Assembly (NCBI GenBank): GCA_951406725.2
Contig: OX597817.1
Location: 108,500,001-108,564,000 of the forward strand
Direction: 5' to 3'
DNA from: Octopus vulgaris
Lineage: Eukaryota
DNA length: 64,000 bases
The notes below the pieces were generated by a model that searched no databases, had not been told where the DNA came from, and saw nothing but the letters and a program-made list of their open reading frames with translations. This document shows positions 37,741-51,815 of this stretch, piece by piece (position 1 is the stretch's first letter; each line of letters opens with the position of its first letter). Made by a program: the position numbers and the translations under genes.

Positions 37741-37792
37741 TATATGTGCATACATATACATACAAATATGTGTGTGTATGTAATATATATAT

Positions 37793-37847
<55 letters not shown>

Positions 37848-37876
37848 TGTGTACGCGCGCGCATATGTATGTATGT

Positions 37877-37907
<31 letters not shown>

Positions 37908-38201
37908 TCTATAGAAGCACGCAACTTAACAGTTAGGGGTGTTGTGTGTCACTGCGGAGTAGTAAGATTTTGGTTTTAATTTCTGTATCGGGCGTTGCGT
38001 TATGTTCTTAAGTAAACTGCTTCATTTCACGTAGCTACACTCTACTCAGCTGACAAAAAATTTTAATCTTTCATAGGACCAGGAGGTAAAATAGATGTAA
38101 CAAAATCATGGAAACCGACCTTATGAGCCTATGGTTCGGGAAGGAATTTTGATCCTTCCTGTTTGTACACACACACACACATATCTATCTACCTATCTAT
38201 C

Positions 38202-38324
<123 letters not shown>

Positions 38325-38670
38325 TATCCTTTAGGTATAACAATACTACTAACCTGTTGCTAGAACTCAACATTCATGTAGTTTGGAATGTAGCGTTATT
38401 AAATTGCACAGCACGATATGAAATTAAGTGATAACTCCCACACCCCAAAACAACAAGAAATTATGCTATCAACTACGTTAGTTTTCAGCTCTCTGTACTA
38501 TACGATGCAGTGTACTCAGAGTTGAGTACGTGTGCATCAACTTATAGCTTCTCCCGAGCTTAAAGATTCCAGTGGGTACATGCTCTCACCTCTGCGTACA
38601 CTGCATCTCAGATTAGAAACAACTGTATGTTCGTTGCGTAATTTCCAGTTATATATATATATATATATAT

Positions 38671-38790
38671 AATTAAAATAAGCAACAAGGATTTTGATTT
38701 TGATTTTAATCACCTTATTTTGAAATTGTATGGACAATACCATCCTAAATTCCTCGACTTAAGTACCATATTTATCTGAATCTAAATTTT
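38671..38790. mobile_element. Second, deleted copy of the 27445-27650 TA-embedded element
   Basis: Shares aaaataagcaacaaggat, ttttgatt.taatcacc and aagtaccatatt.atctgaatctaaatttt. Confidence 0.65.
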
Positions 38791-38851
38791 ATATATATAT
38801 ACACACACATATACATACACATACATATATGTAAATACACAAACGTGCACC

Positions 38852-38889
<38 letters not shown>

Positions 38890-38963
38890 CTTATGTATGC
38901 ACATATATATATATATATATATTCATATAGATATATATGCACACACACACCCACACTCCCACC

Positions 38964-38995
<32 letters not shown>

Positions 38996-39574
38996 GTCTA
39001 ATATTTTGGCTCTAATACGTTTTCCTACCGAGGGCTTCTATACCTCAATATTTGATTATTTTCTATAACCAATATGCAGTGAACGTTTATAAGCTTAAGC
39101 TTATATATATGTAGACATTCACACACACACACATACATCCACCCACCCACACACACACATACGCACACACACACATGCATGTATATATATATACAGTAAT
39201 TTTTGTGCAGTGCGTGTGTTGTCATTGAACATGTGTATTTTGAAATTCAATTAATTTCAATATTCAAATTGACTTGTAAAAATCTCTGTAACATATCAAA
39301 TATATATATGATTACCGCACCAAATAAGAGTGCTTATCACAAATAAGAATGTGTATAAGAAAGCACTTAAAATTTTATCTTCACATTGATATGCAGCTTT
39401 TCTTGCACCTCTTATATAGTTGCGGCTTCTATGTGTAATAAAAGTACAGTTCATCCCAGTAATAGTTAGCTGCGTTATAAATTCTCTATTTTTAACAAGA
39501 ACTTGATAATCTATATAAGATAGAAATAGCAACAAATGTGGTCGCCTGGCAAGTGGAAAATAGTAGCTAAATTT

Positions 39575-40191
39575 CTTCTAGAGGCACAATGCTTCAAATT
39601 TTTGAGGTGGGGGCTTCGTCGATTACATCGTCACCAATATTTATTCAGTGGTATTTATTTTATCGATCTCAAAATGATGAAAAGCAAAGACGATCTCGGT
39701 GGTATTTCAACTTGTAACGTAAAGCACTTTAGCAATGATGATAATAATGCTTTCACATTTTAGCACAAAGCCAGTAATTTCAGAGGTGTCGGTAAGTGGA
39801 TCAGATCGATCCCAGTGCTTTCCTGGTACTTGTTTTATCTACCTTGAAAGGGATAAAAGACCAAGTCGACCTCGGCGGAATTTGAACTCAGAACGTAATG
39901 CCGCTAAACATTTTGGTCGACGTGCTCACAATTCTGCCAGTTTACCGCCTAATCAACAACAACAACAACAACAACAGCAATAATGATAATTAATAATGGC
40001 TTAACATTCTGGCACAAGGCCAGTCATTTCGCAGGAGGGAATAAGTGGTCAGCTGATGCTTATTTTATCGATCCCGAGAAGGTAAAAGGCAAAGTCGACC
40101 CCGGCGGTGTTTGAACTCAGAATGTTAAGACGAACGAAATGCTACTATGCTTTTCGCCCGGCATGCTAACGATTCTGCCAGCTCGCCCCCT

Positions 40192-40250
<59 letters not shown>

Positions 40251-40317
40251 TACACAAGGCCTGAAATATGAGGTGAGTGGGCTAGTCAGTTACATTGACT
40301 CCAGTGTTCAACTGATA

Positions 40318-40415
<98 letters not shown>

Positions 40416-43400
40416 GTTTCTTTTATTGGCCACAGGAGCTGAACGCAAAATAATGATAAATGGTTCCGATTTAGCTATAAAGCTAGCTAGCAATTTCGAG
40501 AGGAGGACTTAAGTTGACTTCATAAACTCCTTCCAAGTTGTTGAATGAAATTTCATTTTATCGATCCTGAAAGGATGAAAAAGCTTTTGAACTCAGAATA
40601 CAAAGAATTAGAAGAAATACTGCAAGGCATTCTGACTCTCTAACGATTCTATTCAGTTCACCACTTTCACAATGATAATGTTTATGGTTTATAATTTAGG
40701 CACACGACTAGAAATTATGAGAGGAAGCTAAATAGTCGTACCATCGGCCCAATAATAGACTAGCTCTTTGTTTTATAGACTCTGTTGGGGTGAGATTTGA
40801 AATCAGAATGTAAAGATGAATGCCGCAGACTATTTTAGCTCCAGGCGAAAAATTTTATTGGGTGATGCTAGTCGATTAAATCACCTCCCATTCTTGACCG
40901 GCTCTTGAGTTCATCGTTCCCGAGAGGCTGTAAAGCAAAGGTGACTTTGGCTGGATTTGCACCCTAAAAGCAAAAACCCAGAACAAATACTGTACAGTAT
41001 TTTGTCCCGAAGACCTAATGACGCTCCCACTTGACTGTCTTAACAATAATAATCGTTTCTAGGGCGACGAGCTGACAGAGTCATTAGCACATCGGACAAA
41101 ATGCTTAGCGGCATCTCGCCCGTCTTCACGTTCAGGGTTCTAATTCTAACGAGGTCGACTCTAACTTTCATCCTTTCAGGGGCTATAAAATAAGTACTAG
41201 TTGAGCACTGGGATCGATGTAATCGAATTACCCTTGCCCCGAAGTTGCTGGCCTTGTGCCAACATTTGAAATCAATAATAATTCTTTTTACTACAGGTAC
41301 AAGGTCTGAAATTTTGTGGGAAGAGTTATCCGATTACATTGAGCCCAGTTCTTAACTGGTGCTTATTTTATCGACCGCGAAATAATGAAAGGCAAAGTCG
41401 ACCTTGGCAGAATTTAAACTCAGAACATTAGGACGGACGAAATGCCACTAAGTATTTTGTCCGGCGTGCGAACGATTCTGCCAGTTCGTCGCCTTAATAA
41501 AATAACCGTTTCTTCATAAAGCCAACTGTTTCTTCACAAGGGCTGAGAATTAAGCGATACCAATTGATTCCAGTATTTGACTGGTACTTTATTATATCGC
41601 CCTGAAATGATTAAAGGCAAAGCTGACTTCGGTTTGATTTGAAATATTGAAAATAACAATAAAAACAATTGTTTCGACAAACACTAACATGTTTTACCAT
41701 AGTTATTCTCGACCTGTATATTTTTTAATCTTCAAACTTAGGTTTCTAATACTCTGATGAACATTGGTAGTTGTATCCCTTGACAAATGTCGTTCTAGTC
41801 ATAAACAACCTAGCTTAGACTACATTTTCTAAGAATACATTTTCCCACCAGTTACGCTTTCATTTGTATGATGATGGGATGTGATTTACGGGAAAAATTA
41901 ACAGATATTTCTTAGGCGCAGGAGTGTATGTGAAGAAGCTTGCTTCCCAATCACATGGTTCCGGATTAAGTTCCACTGCGTGGCACCTTGGGCAAGCGTC
42001 TTCTGTTATAGCCTCGGCCCCACCAAAGAATTAAATAGGTCAAACGACCACATGATATGCTGGGACTAGATTAATCTGATAGGTTATTAAAGTAGCCTTA
42101 TGTTTAGTCAGAAGAAATGTGTATTTTATTAATATTAGCACCGTCTCTATATTGGTTTGAAAGTTTAGCACAAGGTCAGTAATTTTGGCGCTGGGGGATA
42201 AATCGATTACATCGATCTCAACAACTCAAAAGGATGAAAGACAAAGTCGATCTCGGCGGAATGAGCATTCAGAACGTAAAAACGGACGAACTGCTGCTAA
42301 GCATTTTTCTGCCAGCTCGCTGCTTTACACCGTTTCTATATTAATAACTAGTGAATTTGCTTGTTATACGTCTGGTGTTAATGGTTGTTAATTCATTCTT
42401 ACTCAATCTTTTATCACAGTGAGGTTTCATACAGTACAAGGAGATTTCATTTGTTGCAGTATAGGAAGGAAATGAGTATGAAAGGTGTCAAACTTACTCA
42501 ATACTATGTTCCTTGATAAGGTGGCCATCTGGCAGAATCACTGGCACTCCGGATAAAATGCTTAGCGGCATTTCATCCGTCATTACGTTCTGAATTCAAA
42601 TTCTGCTGAGGTCGACTTTGCCTTTCATCCACTGGGAGTCGATGAAATAGAAACCAGTTAAGCACTGAGTTCGATGTAATCGACTTAGCCCTCCCCTAAA
42701 ATACCAGCCCATGTGCCGATTGTAGAAAAAAAAAAGAAATTCTGATTCTATTTGCTTTCATTTGACTTTGGAAAGTAATTGTAATTGTTAAATGAAAAGC
42801 AAAATTTCTTGAGCAACATCAGTTGCGGGTCTTTTCGTTCCAATTTCAAATCTAATCAAGGTCAACTTTGCCTTTCATTCTTCCAATATTGATAAAATGA
42901 AGATCAGTCAAGTCATAGATATAATCGATGCTCGCTCCCTCAAAATTATTCCTGGCCGTATGCCTATGTTAGAAATTTAATGTCATGAATATGTTTGTAT
43001 GTATTTGAAATTGGGAAGTAGCTATAAAACTAAATTTTGGGTGGTATATTAGCCAAATCTTTAGAGTGCCGGACAAAATGCCTTGCGGTATTTAATCTCA
43101 TAAATCTACGTTCAGAGTTAAAATTCTGTCGTGGTCCTTTGATCTTTTAGGATCGATAAAATGAAGTACCAGTTACGTACTGAAGGCGAATGAACCGACT
43201 GATACTGATGCATCCCAGCAAGCGCTTACGAATGAAAATCTTAGTGCAGCTTGCAATTTTTGTGCGAATAGGACCGGAAAAAGGAAGGACTACAGAATTT
43301 CTGTGAGAAAGAAATGAGTGAACTCATGTACTTTGAAATACATAACGATAAACAATACCATACACATCCCGGTAATGAACGACGAGAATGTAAGTTTAAG

Positions 43401-44370
43401 TTGATAAGGTGTAATGTGAGGCATCTAAGTTTAGAATTGAGGAAATCATTGAATTGCAGGGAAACAATGATTTCAGGCTGAGGCTCAAGGCAAATAATTT
43501 TTAGGAAGGAGGTTTTTGATACGATCAACCCCAGTACTTCAATGACACTTTATGTTGTCGACCTCGAAAAGACAAAATGACAGCTTACCTTAGTATCATT
43601 TGAACTCAGAATGTAAATAACTAGAAGTAATTTAGGAAAGTATTTTCCTTGAAGATCTATTGATTCTGCTAGCACTCTGCTTTATTTGGCAGAAATACTG
43701 GTTTAAAATTTTAACGCAAGGCCTGCAGTTTTAGGGGAAGGGATTTAGCCGATAGTATCAGCCCTAGTACTTGATTAGTACTTTATGTTACCTACTCCGG
43801 AAGGCTGGTTGAACTCGGCGGGATTTGAACTCAGAATGTAAAGAACCAGAAGAACTGTTGCAAAGTATTTTCTCCACGACACTGTACCGACTCTACAAGC
43901 TTGCCGCCTTATTCGGCGGAAATAATCTGTATGACCAGTTTTCATTATTATTTTATTTGAATAAATGAAAGTGAATATCATTTTTTTCCTTTTCTCCTCT
44001 AGGCACAAGGCCCGAACTTTTTGGAAAAGGCGCCAGTCGATTATATCGACCCCAGTAGGCAACTTGTACTTAATTTATCCACCTCGAAAGGATGAGAGGC
44101 AAAGTCAACCTCGGCGGAATTTGAACTCAGAACGTAGCGACGGGCGAAATACCTATTTCTTTACTACTCACAAGGGGCTAAACACAGAAGGGACAAACAA
44201 GGACAGACAAATGGATTAAGTCGATTACATCTACCCCAGTGCGTAACTGGTACTTAATTTATTGACCCCGATGGGTTGAAAGGCAAAGTCGACTTCGGCG
44301 GAATTTGAACTCAGAATGTAACGGCAGACGAAATGTCACTAAGCATTTCGCCCGGCGTGCTAACGGTTTA
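39575..44370. mobile_element. Dense cluster of about 15 family A SINE copies in both orientations plus one family B head
   Basis: Minus copies at about 39580, 39760, 40010, 40480, 40840, 41290, 41530, 42165, 43485, 43715 and 44000-44370; plus copies at about 41061, 42520, 42830 and 43050; family B at about 41915-42030. Confidence 0.8.
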
Positions 44371-44374
44371 AATG

Positions 44375-44745
44375 GCCACTTCTTTGCAATTGGCTTTTGC
44401 TGAAGGAGGGAGTTCGATATTGCCACTCTGTTTTGAATTTCCTGCTTTGATATTGGTTCATCTGGGTTCTTGTCAAGCAAGAGGTCAAGATAGTACTTGA
44501 AAACATCGACTTTCACTCCATGCAGATCCCTCAGATGCTTTGGCAAGGAGTTAGATAGCTGTGGGATCTTGAATTCCAAGCTATTTCACTATATGATCCT
44601 CGCCTTAGATGGGACAGCAGGAACTTATGGAACAGTGCAGTTACGTCCATTTCGAGGTCTGGTCCAACTCTCAATTCCAAGGTTTGGTGCCAGCTCCTCC
44701 AGTATCTTCTACACATGTATGACTGCATACCTCCGTGCAACGTGT
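44375..44745 (-). pseudogene. CR1/L2-type LINE ORF2 C-terminal fragment
   Basis: PQLSNSLPKHLRDLHGVKVDVFKYYLDLLLDKNPDEP. Confidence 0.7.
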
Positions 44746-44887
44746 TGAATCCGACTGTGCTTTTAACAGAATGCTCAACCGCCTAACACGTTAATACAAT
44801 GTGCTTGCTGTCCAGTTCATTGAGCGACTGCCGGCTCACACGTCAAACAAGATCTGTGTTTGTATGTGTATTTGTATATACGCGTGA

Positions 44888-44927
<40 letters not shown>

Positions 44928-44929
44928 TT

Positions 44930-45214
44930 TCTTTCGTCCTTTTAAAGCCTAGCCAGGCTCATGGGCCCGGTTTCCTGGTTTCTGTGACGTATGTGTTCCT
45001 CCCCGCCCCAGCTGGACGGGACGCCAGTCCATCGCAGCGTTACTCAAGAAACAGGAAGAGAGAGTGAGAGAAAGTTGAGTCAAAAGAGATAACAACAGGG
45101 GTCACCACCACCCCTGCCGGAGCCTTGTGGAGCTTTTAGGTGTTTTCGTTCAATAAACACGCACAACGCCTCGTCTGGAAATCGAAACCACGATCCTCCG
45201 ATCATTGCGCCTCC
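44930..45214 (-). mobile_element. Family C SINE head joined to a V-domain-like body
   Basis: Head shared with the 14133 copy; minus-strand ctgcgatggactggcgtcccgtccag (45012-45037) resembles the V-SINE domain as I recall it. Confidence 0.7.
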
Positions 45215-45227
45215 ACACACCACATAC

Positions 45228-45288
<61 letters not shown>

Positions 45289-45440
45289 GGATAGGTCATA
45301 GTAAGGGGACAAGGTTAAATTAATACATGAGTATTAAAACTTATCCATCTACCTATCTTCTACCAGTTTGCCTATCTGACTGTCTCTCTCTCACGCAATC
45401 TCTCTTTCTCACTCACTCACTCACTTTCTCTCTCTCATCA

Positions 45441-45481
<41 letters not shown>

Positions 45482-45526
45482 AACACCGTATATATGTTTA
45501 TTTCTATATCTGTGTATATATAAAAT

Positions 45527-45577
45527 AATAATAATGAAATAATAATAATGAAATTATTGTATACAGTGCTCAGGTGC
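45527..45577 (-). mobile_element. Extreme 3'-terminal copy of the LINE at 1-550
   Basis: Minus strand gcacctgagcactgtatacaataatttcattattatt matches gcacctgagcactgtacacaattattatt at 526-554. Confidence 0.7.
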
Positions 45578-46234
45578 GTGTGTGTGTTGATAATACAAAC
45601 ATATACATGTATACATATGCACACGTGTGTATGTATGTATGTATGTATGTATGTATGTATGTATGTATGTATGTATGCATGTATGTATGATTGCGCGTGT
45701 GTGTGTATGTGTGTGATATGTTTATAAGAATTTATTTCAACTTGAACGCATTCGAATGAAATCGAAATTCAGGCAAATTATCTTTCAAATACCTCTGTTT
45801 ACAGGCTTTACACACTTTTTGTCAACAGCGTATAAAACTTAAATAAATACAACAATGTAGTGATAAAGTTTTCAAACTTTACTTGAAATATCCTCAAAAC
45901 GTCACATAAATGGGTTTTGTGTCGATGTCATTTCTATAAAAATTAATAACCAGAAATTGCTTCGTTATATAAAAACGTTATCAGTTTTTATTATTGAAAA
46001 CTGAAATATTTATCCTGGCCGCGCACGTATTCTAGTTTGTCCCCTTCGTTTTAATCACACAGTGATGCTCATACACAAATAAAGATACTCGCAGGTACAT
46101 ACACGCACACACACGATCAAATAGGAGGACGCAAGGACAGGCAAGCAGGAAAGCTCGCAAGTAAATACACGAATACAAGATCGTGCGAGACTGTCAGATG
46201 TAAAGAAAACTAAATGCACAGGTTGATAGAGAGT

Positions 46235-46268
<34 letters not shown>

Positions 46269-46506
46269 GAGGGAGAGAGAGGAGAGAGAAAGAGAAGGGG
46301 GTACACACACATGAAGACATGTAAACAGATAATTTGGTAATAGGTTGCTAAGTATGTTAATACAGGTAGATAAATACATGTATACATGAATGCATACATA
46401 CATAGATATCCATAAACACACACGCGCATACACACAAACACGTATTCACAAATCGATACATCTAAAGATAATGGTTATAAATACATACATATATATATAT
46501 GTGTGT

Positions 46507-46574
<68 letters not shown>

Positions 46575-46950
46575 ATGTATATATATATGTATATATACAC
46601 ATATACATACATATATATATATATATGCATATATATATATACATATAAGTAATCCTGTATATGCGTGCGAATATCTCTATATATATATATATGTATATAT
46701 ATACATGTATATATGTATAGTCTCACACACACACAAACTCACACGCACATGTTCACACAAACACTCACTCACGCTCAAATAAGAAAATTAGCGCGTCGGA
46801 AAAAAAAAACCCCAAAAAGTAAGTCCATTAATAAAATAATTCATATTCACATTGTTTCAGTATTTTTCGGCTTTCATGCTGTTTATGTTTTTTCTCTATT
46901 TCGGAACAATATCAAAACAAATTGACAAACAGAAAATTTCTCAGACTTAC

Positions 46951-47205
46951 CTCAGATATTTGTTTCGAAGCAGTCAGTATTTGAAGAAATGCTACTATCA
47001 GATGTTTAAATCAAATATATATATATATGTATGTATATCTTTTTTTTTTCGCGTTTATGTTTGCGAGTTTCTTCACTAATCAAAAAGTCTCGGAAGATTT
47101 TCTGCAATAAATAGTGCTAACTGCTGCCCACACGCTAGATTAACCAGCCCAGAACCTGTTGCATTTCTTGTAGTTCTCTGTCAATCTATAAACGAAGAGC
47201 AATAT
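46951..47205 (-). other. Candidate first (5' UTR) exon of a minus-strand transcript
   Basis: Non-repetitive sequence ending in consensus donor GAG|GTAAGT (46951/46950), just downstream of promoter-like motifs; TSS inferred. Confidence 0.4.
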
Positions 47206-47224
47206 TTCGTTCATTTTGTCACAA

Positions 47225-47300
47225 GCATTATTTATATTAAGAGATGTGTGAGGGCTGCAGGAGGCGGGGCTTGTCACGACCGCCTATCAATCAGATGCGC
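47225..47300 (-). promoter_or_regulatory. Candidate Pol II core and proximal promoter
   Basis: TATAAAT on the minus strand (47230-47236), GC box ggaggcggggc (47260-47270), CCAAT-like tatcaatcag (47285-47294); locally CpG-rich in an AT-rich window. Confidence 0.4.
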
Positions 47301-47918
47301 TTACGCACAAGGTTTATTTTTATCATAAGAAATTAAGGGCTGAATATGATTGTACAATGACGAAGGGGTTAGTTGCCGATATACACATATTTTTTGCATT
47401 ATATTTATATATTTGTTTTCTTTTTTCATATTTCTTTTTTTTATATTTTCATTTATTTTAACGTGATCCTACGTACTCTTTCTTCTAAGTTGATTGTAAA
47501 TAATAGTAAAGTTATCACATCATTAGAAAAAAAGGGAAGAACTCATTCCGTGGTAATTCTTCATACACCTACACTAACAGGCACACACCATAACAGCTTA
47601 AGTAGTACTTCGTTTACATATACATACATATTATATGTATTATGTGAATAGGTATATATATATATGTATATATATATATATTTATATTTTTATACGTATC
47701 TCTCTCCATCTCGCCCCCTCTTTCTTTTTATATAATAATATATGAATGCAAATATATATATGTATATATACATATACATATACATATACATGTATATATG
47801 TAATATATATATGATATATATGTATATATATAATATATAAGTATAAATATATTTGATATATATATATCAAAATATATACATATATGCGTATATGTATCTC
47901 TCTCGCTCTCACGCTCTC

Positions 47919-47962
<44 letters not shown>

Positions 47963-48015
47963 AATACATATGTGTGTGTGTGTGCGTGTATTCAATATAT
48001 ATATATATATATATA

Positions 48016-48130
<115 letters not shown>

Positions 48131-48429
48131 AGAGAGAACAAGAAAGAAAGAAAGGAAGAAAGAGAGAGAGATCGGAGGGGGAAATAATGGAACAATATAT
48201 ATCATAAACAACTGTAGGATTTTAGATAAATTTAACACTTTACTTTGTAGTAAGTTTTTACTTTTATTGAAACTTATGATACTTTATACATATATGAATG
48301 AATAACTGAATGAGTGTATGTATGTATGTACGTATGTATATATATGTATGTATGCATGTATGTATGTATATATGTATGTATATATATGTATGTATGCATG
48401 TATGTATATATGTATCAATGTATATATGC

Positions 48430-48472
<43 letters not shown>

Positions 48473-48579
48473 AATATGTATGTATATATATATGTATGTA
48501 TATATGTATATATATATATATATATACATATATGTGTATATAAATGTATATATATATATACATATATATATGTATATAA

Positions 48580-48626
<47 letters not shown>

Positions 48627-49189
48627 CATGCGTATTACATTATGTATAAGTATACATATATGTTTGTGTGTGTCTGTGTGCGTGTTTATGTATATGTATA
48701 CACACACATTTGTATATTTTTTAAATAGATTAAAAAAATAAAATGATAAATATTTGTATGTATACACGCAAGAATTGTAGAATGCCTTATTACATACATA
48801 GATATGCAGAGTCAAGAATTCTAACATACAAGCATTCACACATGCATATATTCACACGGGATATCGGTGATGAATACCACACAATATTGAATATAGGAAA
48901 GAAACAAAAAACTTTACGATTACACCCACACATAGACATTACCTGTACATATGATGCTAACCAAAATACACGTACACAGCACGTACACAAACACAAATAC
49001 ACACACCACATGTACACACACACCGCAAATACACACACCTCATGTACACACACACACACACCGAAATAGAAATGTTTAATTCTAAGCTTCACATTTGGCT
49101 GGTCTGTCTCTTACCATCTCTCTCTATCCACCCCTTTGTGAGTATAATGTCTCTCTCTCTCTTTCTATATACATACACACACACACACA

Positions 49190-49257
<68 letters not shown>

Positions 49258-49323
49258 TATATATATATATATGTATATATATACAAATATATATATACAC
49301 ACACATATATATATACATATATA

Positions 49324-49366
<43 letters not shown>

Positions 49367-49390
49367 TCATATTTATATACATACATACAT

Positions 49391-49444
<54 letters not shown>

Positions 49445-49920
49445 ACATATGTATATATATATACACACACATATATATACATAAATACATACACACACAT
49501 ATATATATAACTCTATCCCCACGCAAATAAATATTCTTAAACCGAAACTACTAAACTATACATATTCATATACAGAATATACATAGATCTCGGCAAATTA
49601 TCGAAACACATATTAAGTGGGCGGTCGATATAAAGATTGGACTGGGAAACTTCAGGAAAATACCTGTACACGTGCGTATGGATATTCTCCGAAACAAACG
49701 TAATAATAGAGAAGTACACAAGAAACAAAGACAGCCCACACAAATATTGGTGAATGTTCGTGATTTGAAAGCATTGGATAGCTGTCCATGTGTCTGCGTG
49801 TGTGTATGTATAGACAAATGTATGAATGCATGTATGTAGGCATGTATACATGTAGGCATGGATATATGTACGCATATAAGAAGTTTCGTGTATTCGTTTA
49901 CATGTAGGAAGGTCTATCTG

Positions 49921-49991
<71 letters not shown>

Positions 49992-50033
49992 GTCAGTCTA
50001 TCTGTCCGTCTGTCTGTCTGTCTGTCTGTCTGT

Positions 50034-50146
<113 letters not shown>

Positions 50147-50261
50147 CATCAATCTATCTCTTACTTGTTACAGTATTATATATACTATATACTATATACT
50201 TATATAAGAATGTAGGATATATATATATATATATCCTACATTATTTTATTCTTTTATTTGT

Positions 50262-50392
50262 TTCACTCATTTTGACTGCACCCATACTGCGCCTTTAGTC
50301 GAACAAATCGGCACCTCTAAGTTCCGAGGACGTAAACACACCAACACATACACACATACACACACACACACACGTACACACACACACACACA

Positions 50393-50443
<51 letters not shown>

Positions 50444-50522
50444 CAAGCTTCTTTCAGTTTCCATCTACCAACTCACAAGGATTTAGTTAGCCCAGGGTAC
50501 CACGCAGTCGGATTGAACCATA
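50262..50522 (-). mobile_element. Family B SINE (decayed)
   Basis: Forward-strand cgcctttagtcgaacaaatcg, ggacgtaaacacaccaaca and cttctttcagtttccatctacca are reverse complements of family B segments. Confidence 0.7.
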
Positions 50523-50523
50523 T

Positions 50524-50588
<65 letters not shown>

Positions 50589-50899
50589 TATATCTATATG
50601 TATGTATCATATATATGCATATATATATATATATGCATATATATGATATATACATATATATATAGATATATGATATATGATATATATATATATAATATAT
50701 GATATATATATATATGATATATGATATATATATATATATGATGTATATCATATATATATATATATATATATATATACAAACATATATATATGATATATAT
50801 ATGATATATATATATACAAACATATATATATATATCATATATATATCATATATCATATATACATACATGCATATATATATGTATGTATGTATGTGTGTA

Positions 50900-51460
50900 T
50901 GTGTATGTATTTGTGTGTTTGTGTTTGTCCTCCTAACATCGCTTGACAACCGATGCTGGTGTGTTTGCGTCCCCGTAACCTAACGGCTTGGCAAAAGTAC
51001 TAGGCTTACAAAGAATATGTCCTGGGGTCGATTTACCCGACTAAAGGCGGTGCTCCAGCATGGTCGAAGTCAAAGGACTAGAAACAAATATAAGAATAAA
51101 AGAATACAAACATACAATGAAAAACATAGGGACACATTTTTGTTCAGTCCCTCCGCGTGGCGCCTTGGGCAAGTGTCTTCTCCAGTAGCCTCGGGTCGAC
51201 CAAAGAATTTGTTAGACGGAAACTGAAAGAAGCACGTCGTATATGTATATACGTATATGTGTGTGCCTGTGTTGTCCCCTAGCGAAGCTTGACAACCGAC
51301 GTTGATGCTTTTACGTCCCTGCAACGTAGCGGTTCGGCCAAAAGAGATCCGATAGAATGCGTACGAGTCTTACAAAGACTAAGTCGTGGGCTCGATGTTT
51401 TCGACTAAAGGCGTTGCTCCAGCATGGCCGTAGTCGACTTAAACAAGTAAAATAATAAAA
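50900..51460 (+). mobile_element. Two family B SINE copies in tandem
   Basis: cgcttgacaaccgatgctggtgtg...gactaaaggcggtgctccagcatgg at about 50940-51090 and again at about 51140-51450. Confidence 0.8.
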
Positions 51461-51679
51461 GTAGAAAAAAATATGTTTATATATATATATATATATCTGC
51501 GTGTGTGTATTAAGATGATGGTGGCAGGATAATTCTTTATTAACACTTTCGTTGGTTCAATCGAACTCTTCAAGATAATGTACAGATATACAGTATATCT
51601 ATACTACCGCAAACACTCTACACATACATACATACGTACATACATACATACATACATACATACATACATACATACATAC

Positions 51680-51741
<62 letters not shown>

Positions 51742-51815
51742 CATACAATGTATGAGTAAAAGTTGACCTTAAGTATATTATTCACACACTGCCGTGTGTG
51801 AATGATATTTACATG

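Noticed and set aside
41665-41735. Minus-strand cgaaacaattgt, identical to stem III of the main ribozyme
   Set aside because: No CUGANGA core (only ttgaaga far upstream) and no stem I or II pairing found.
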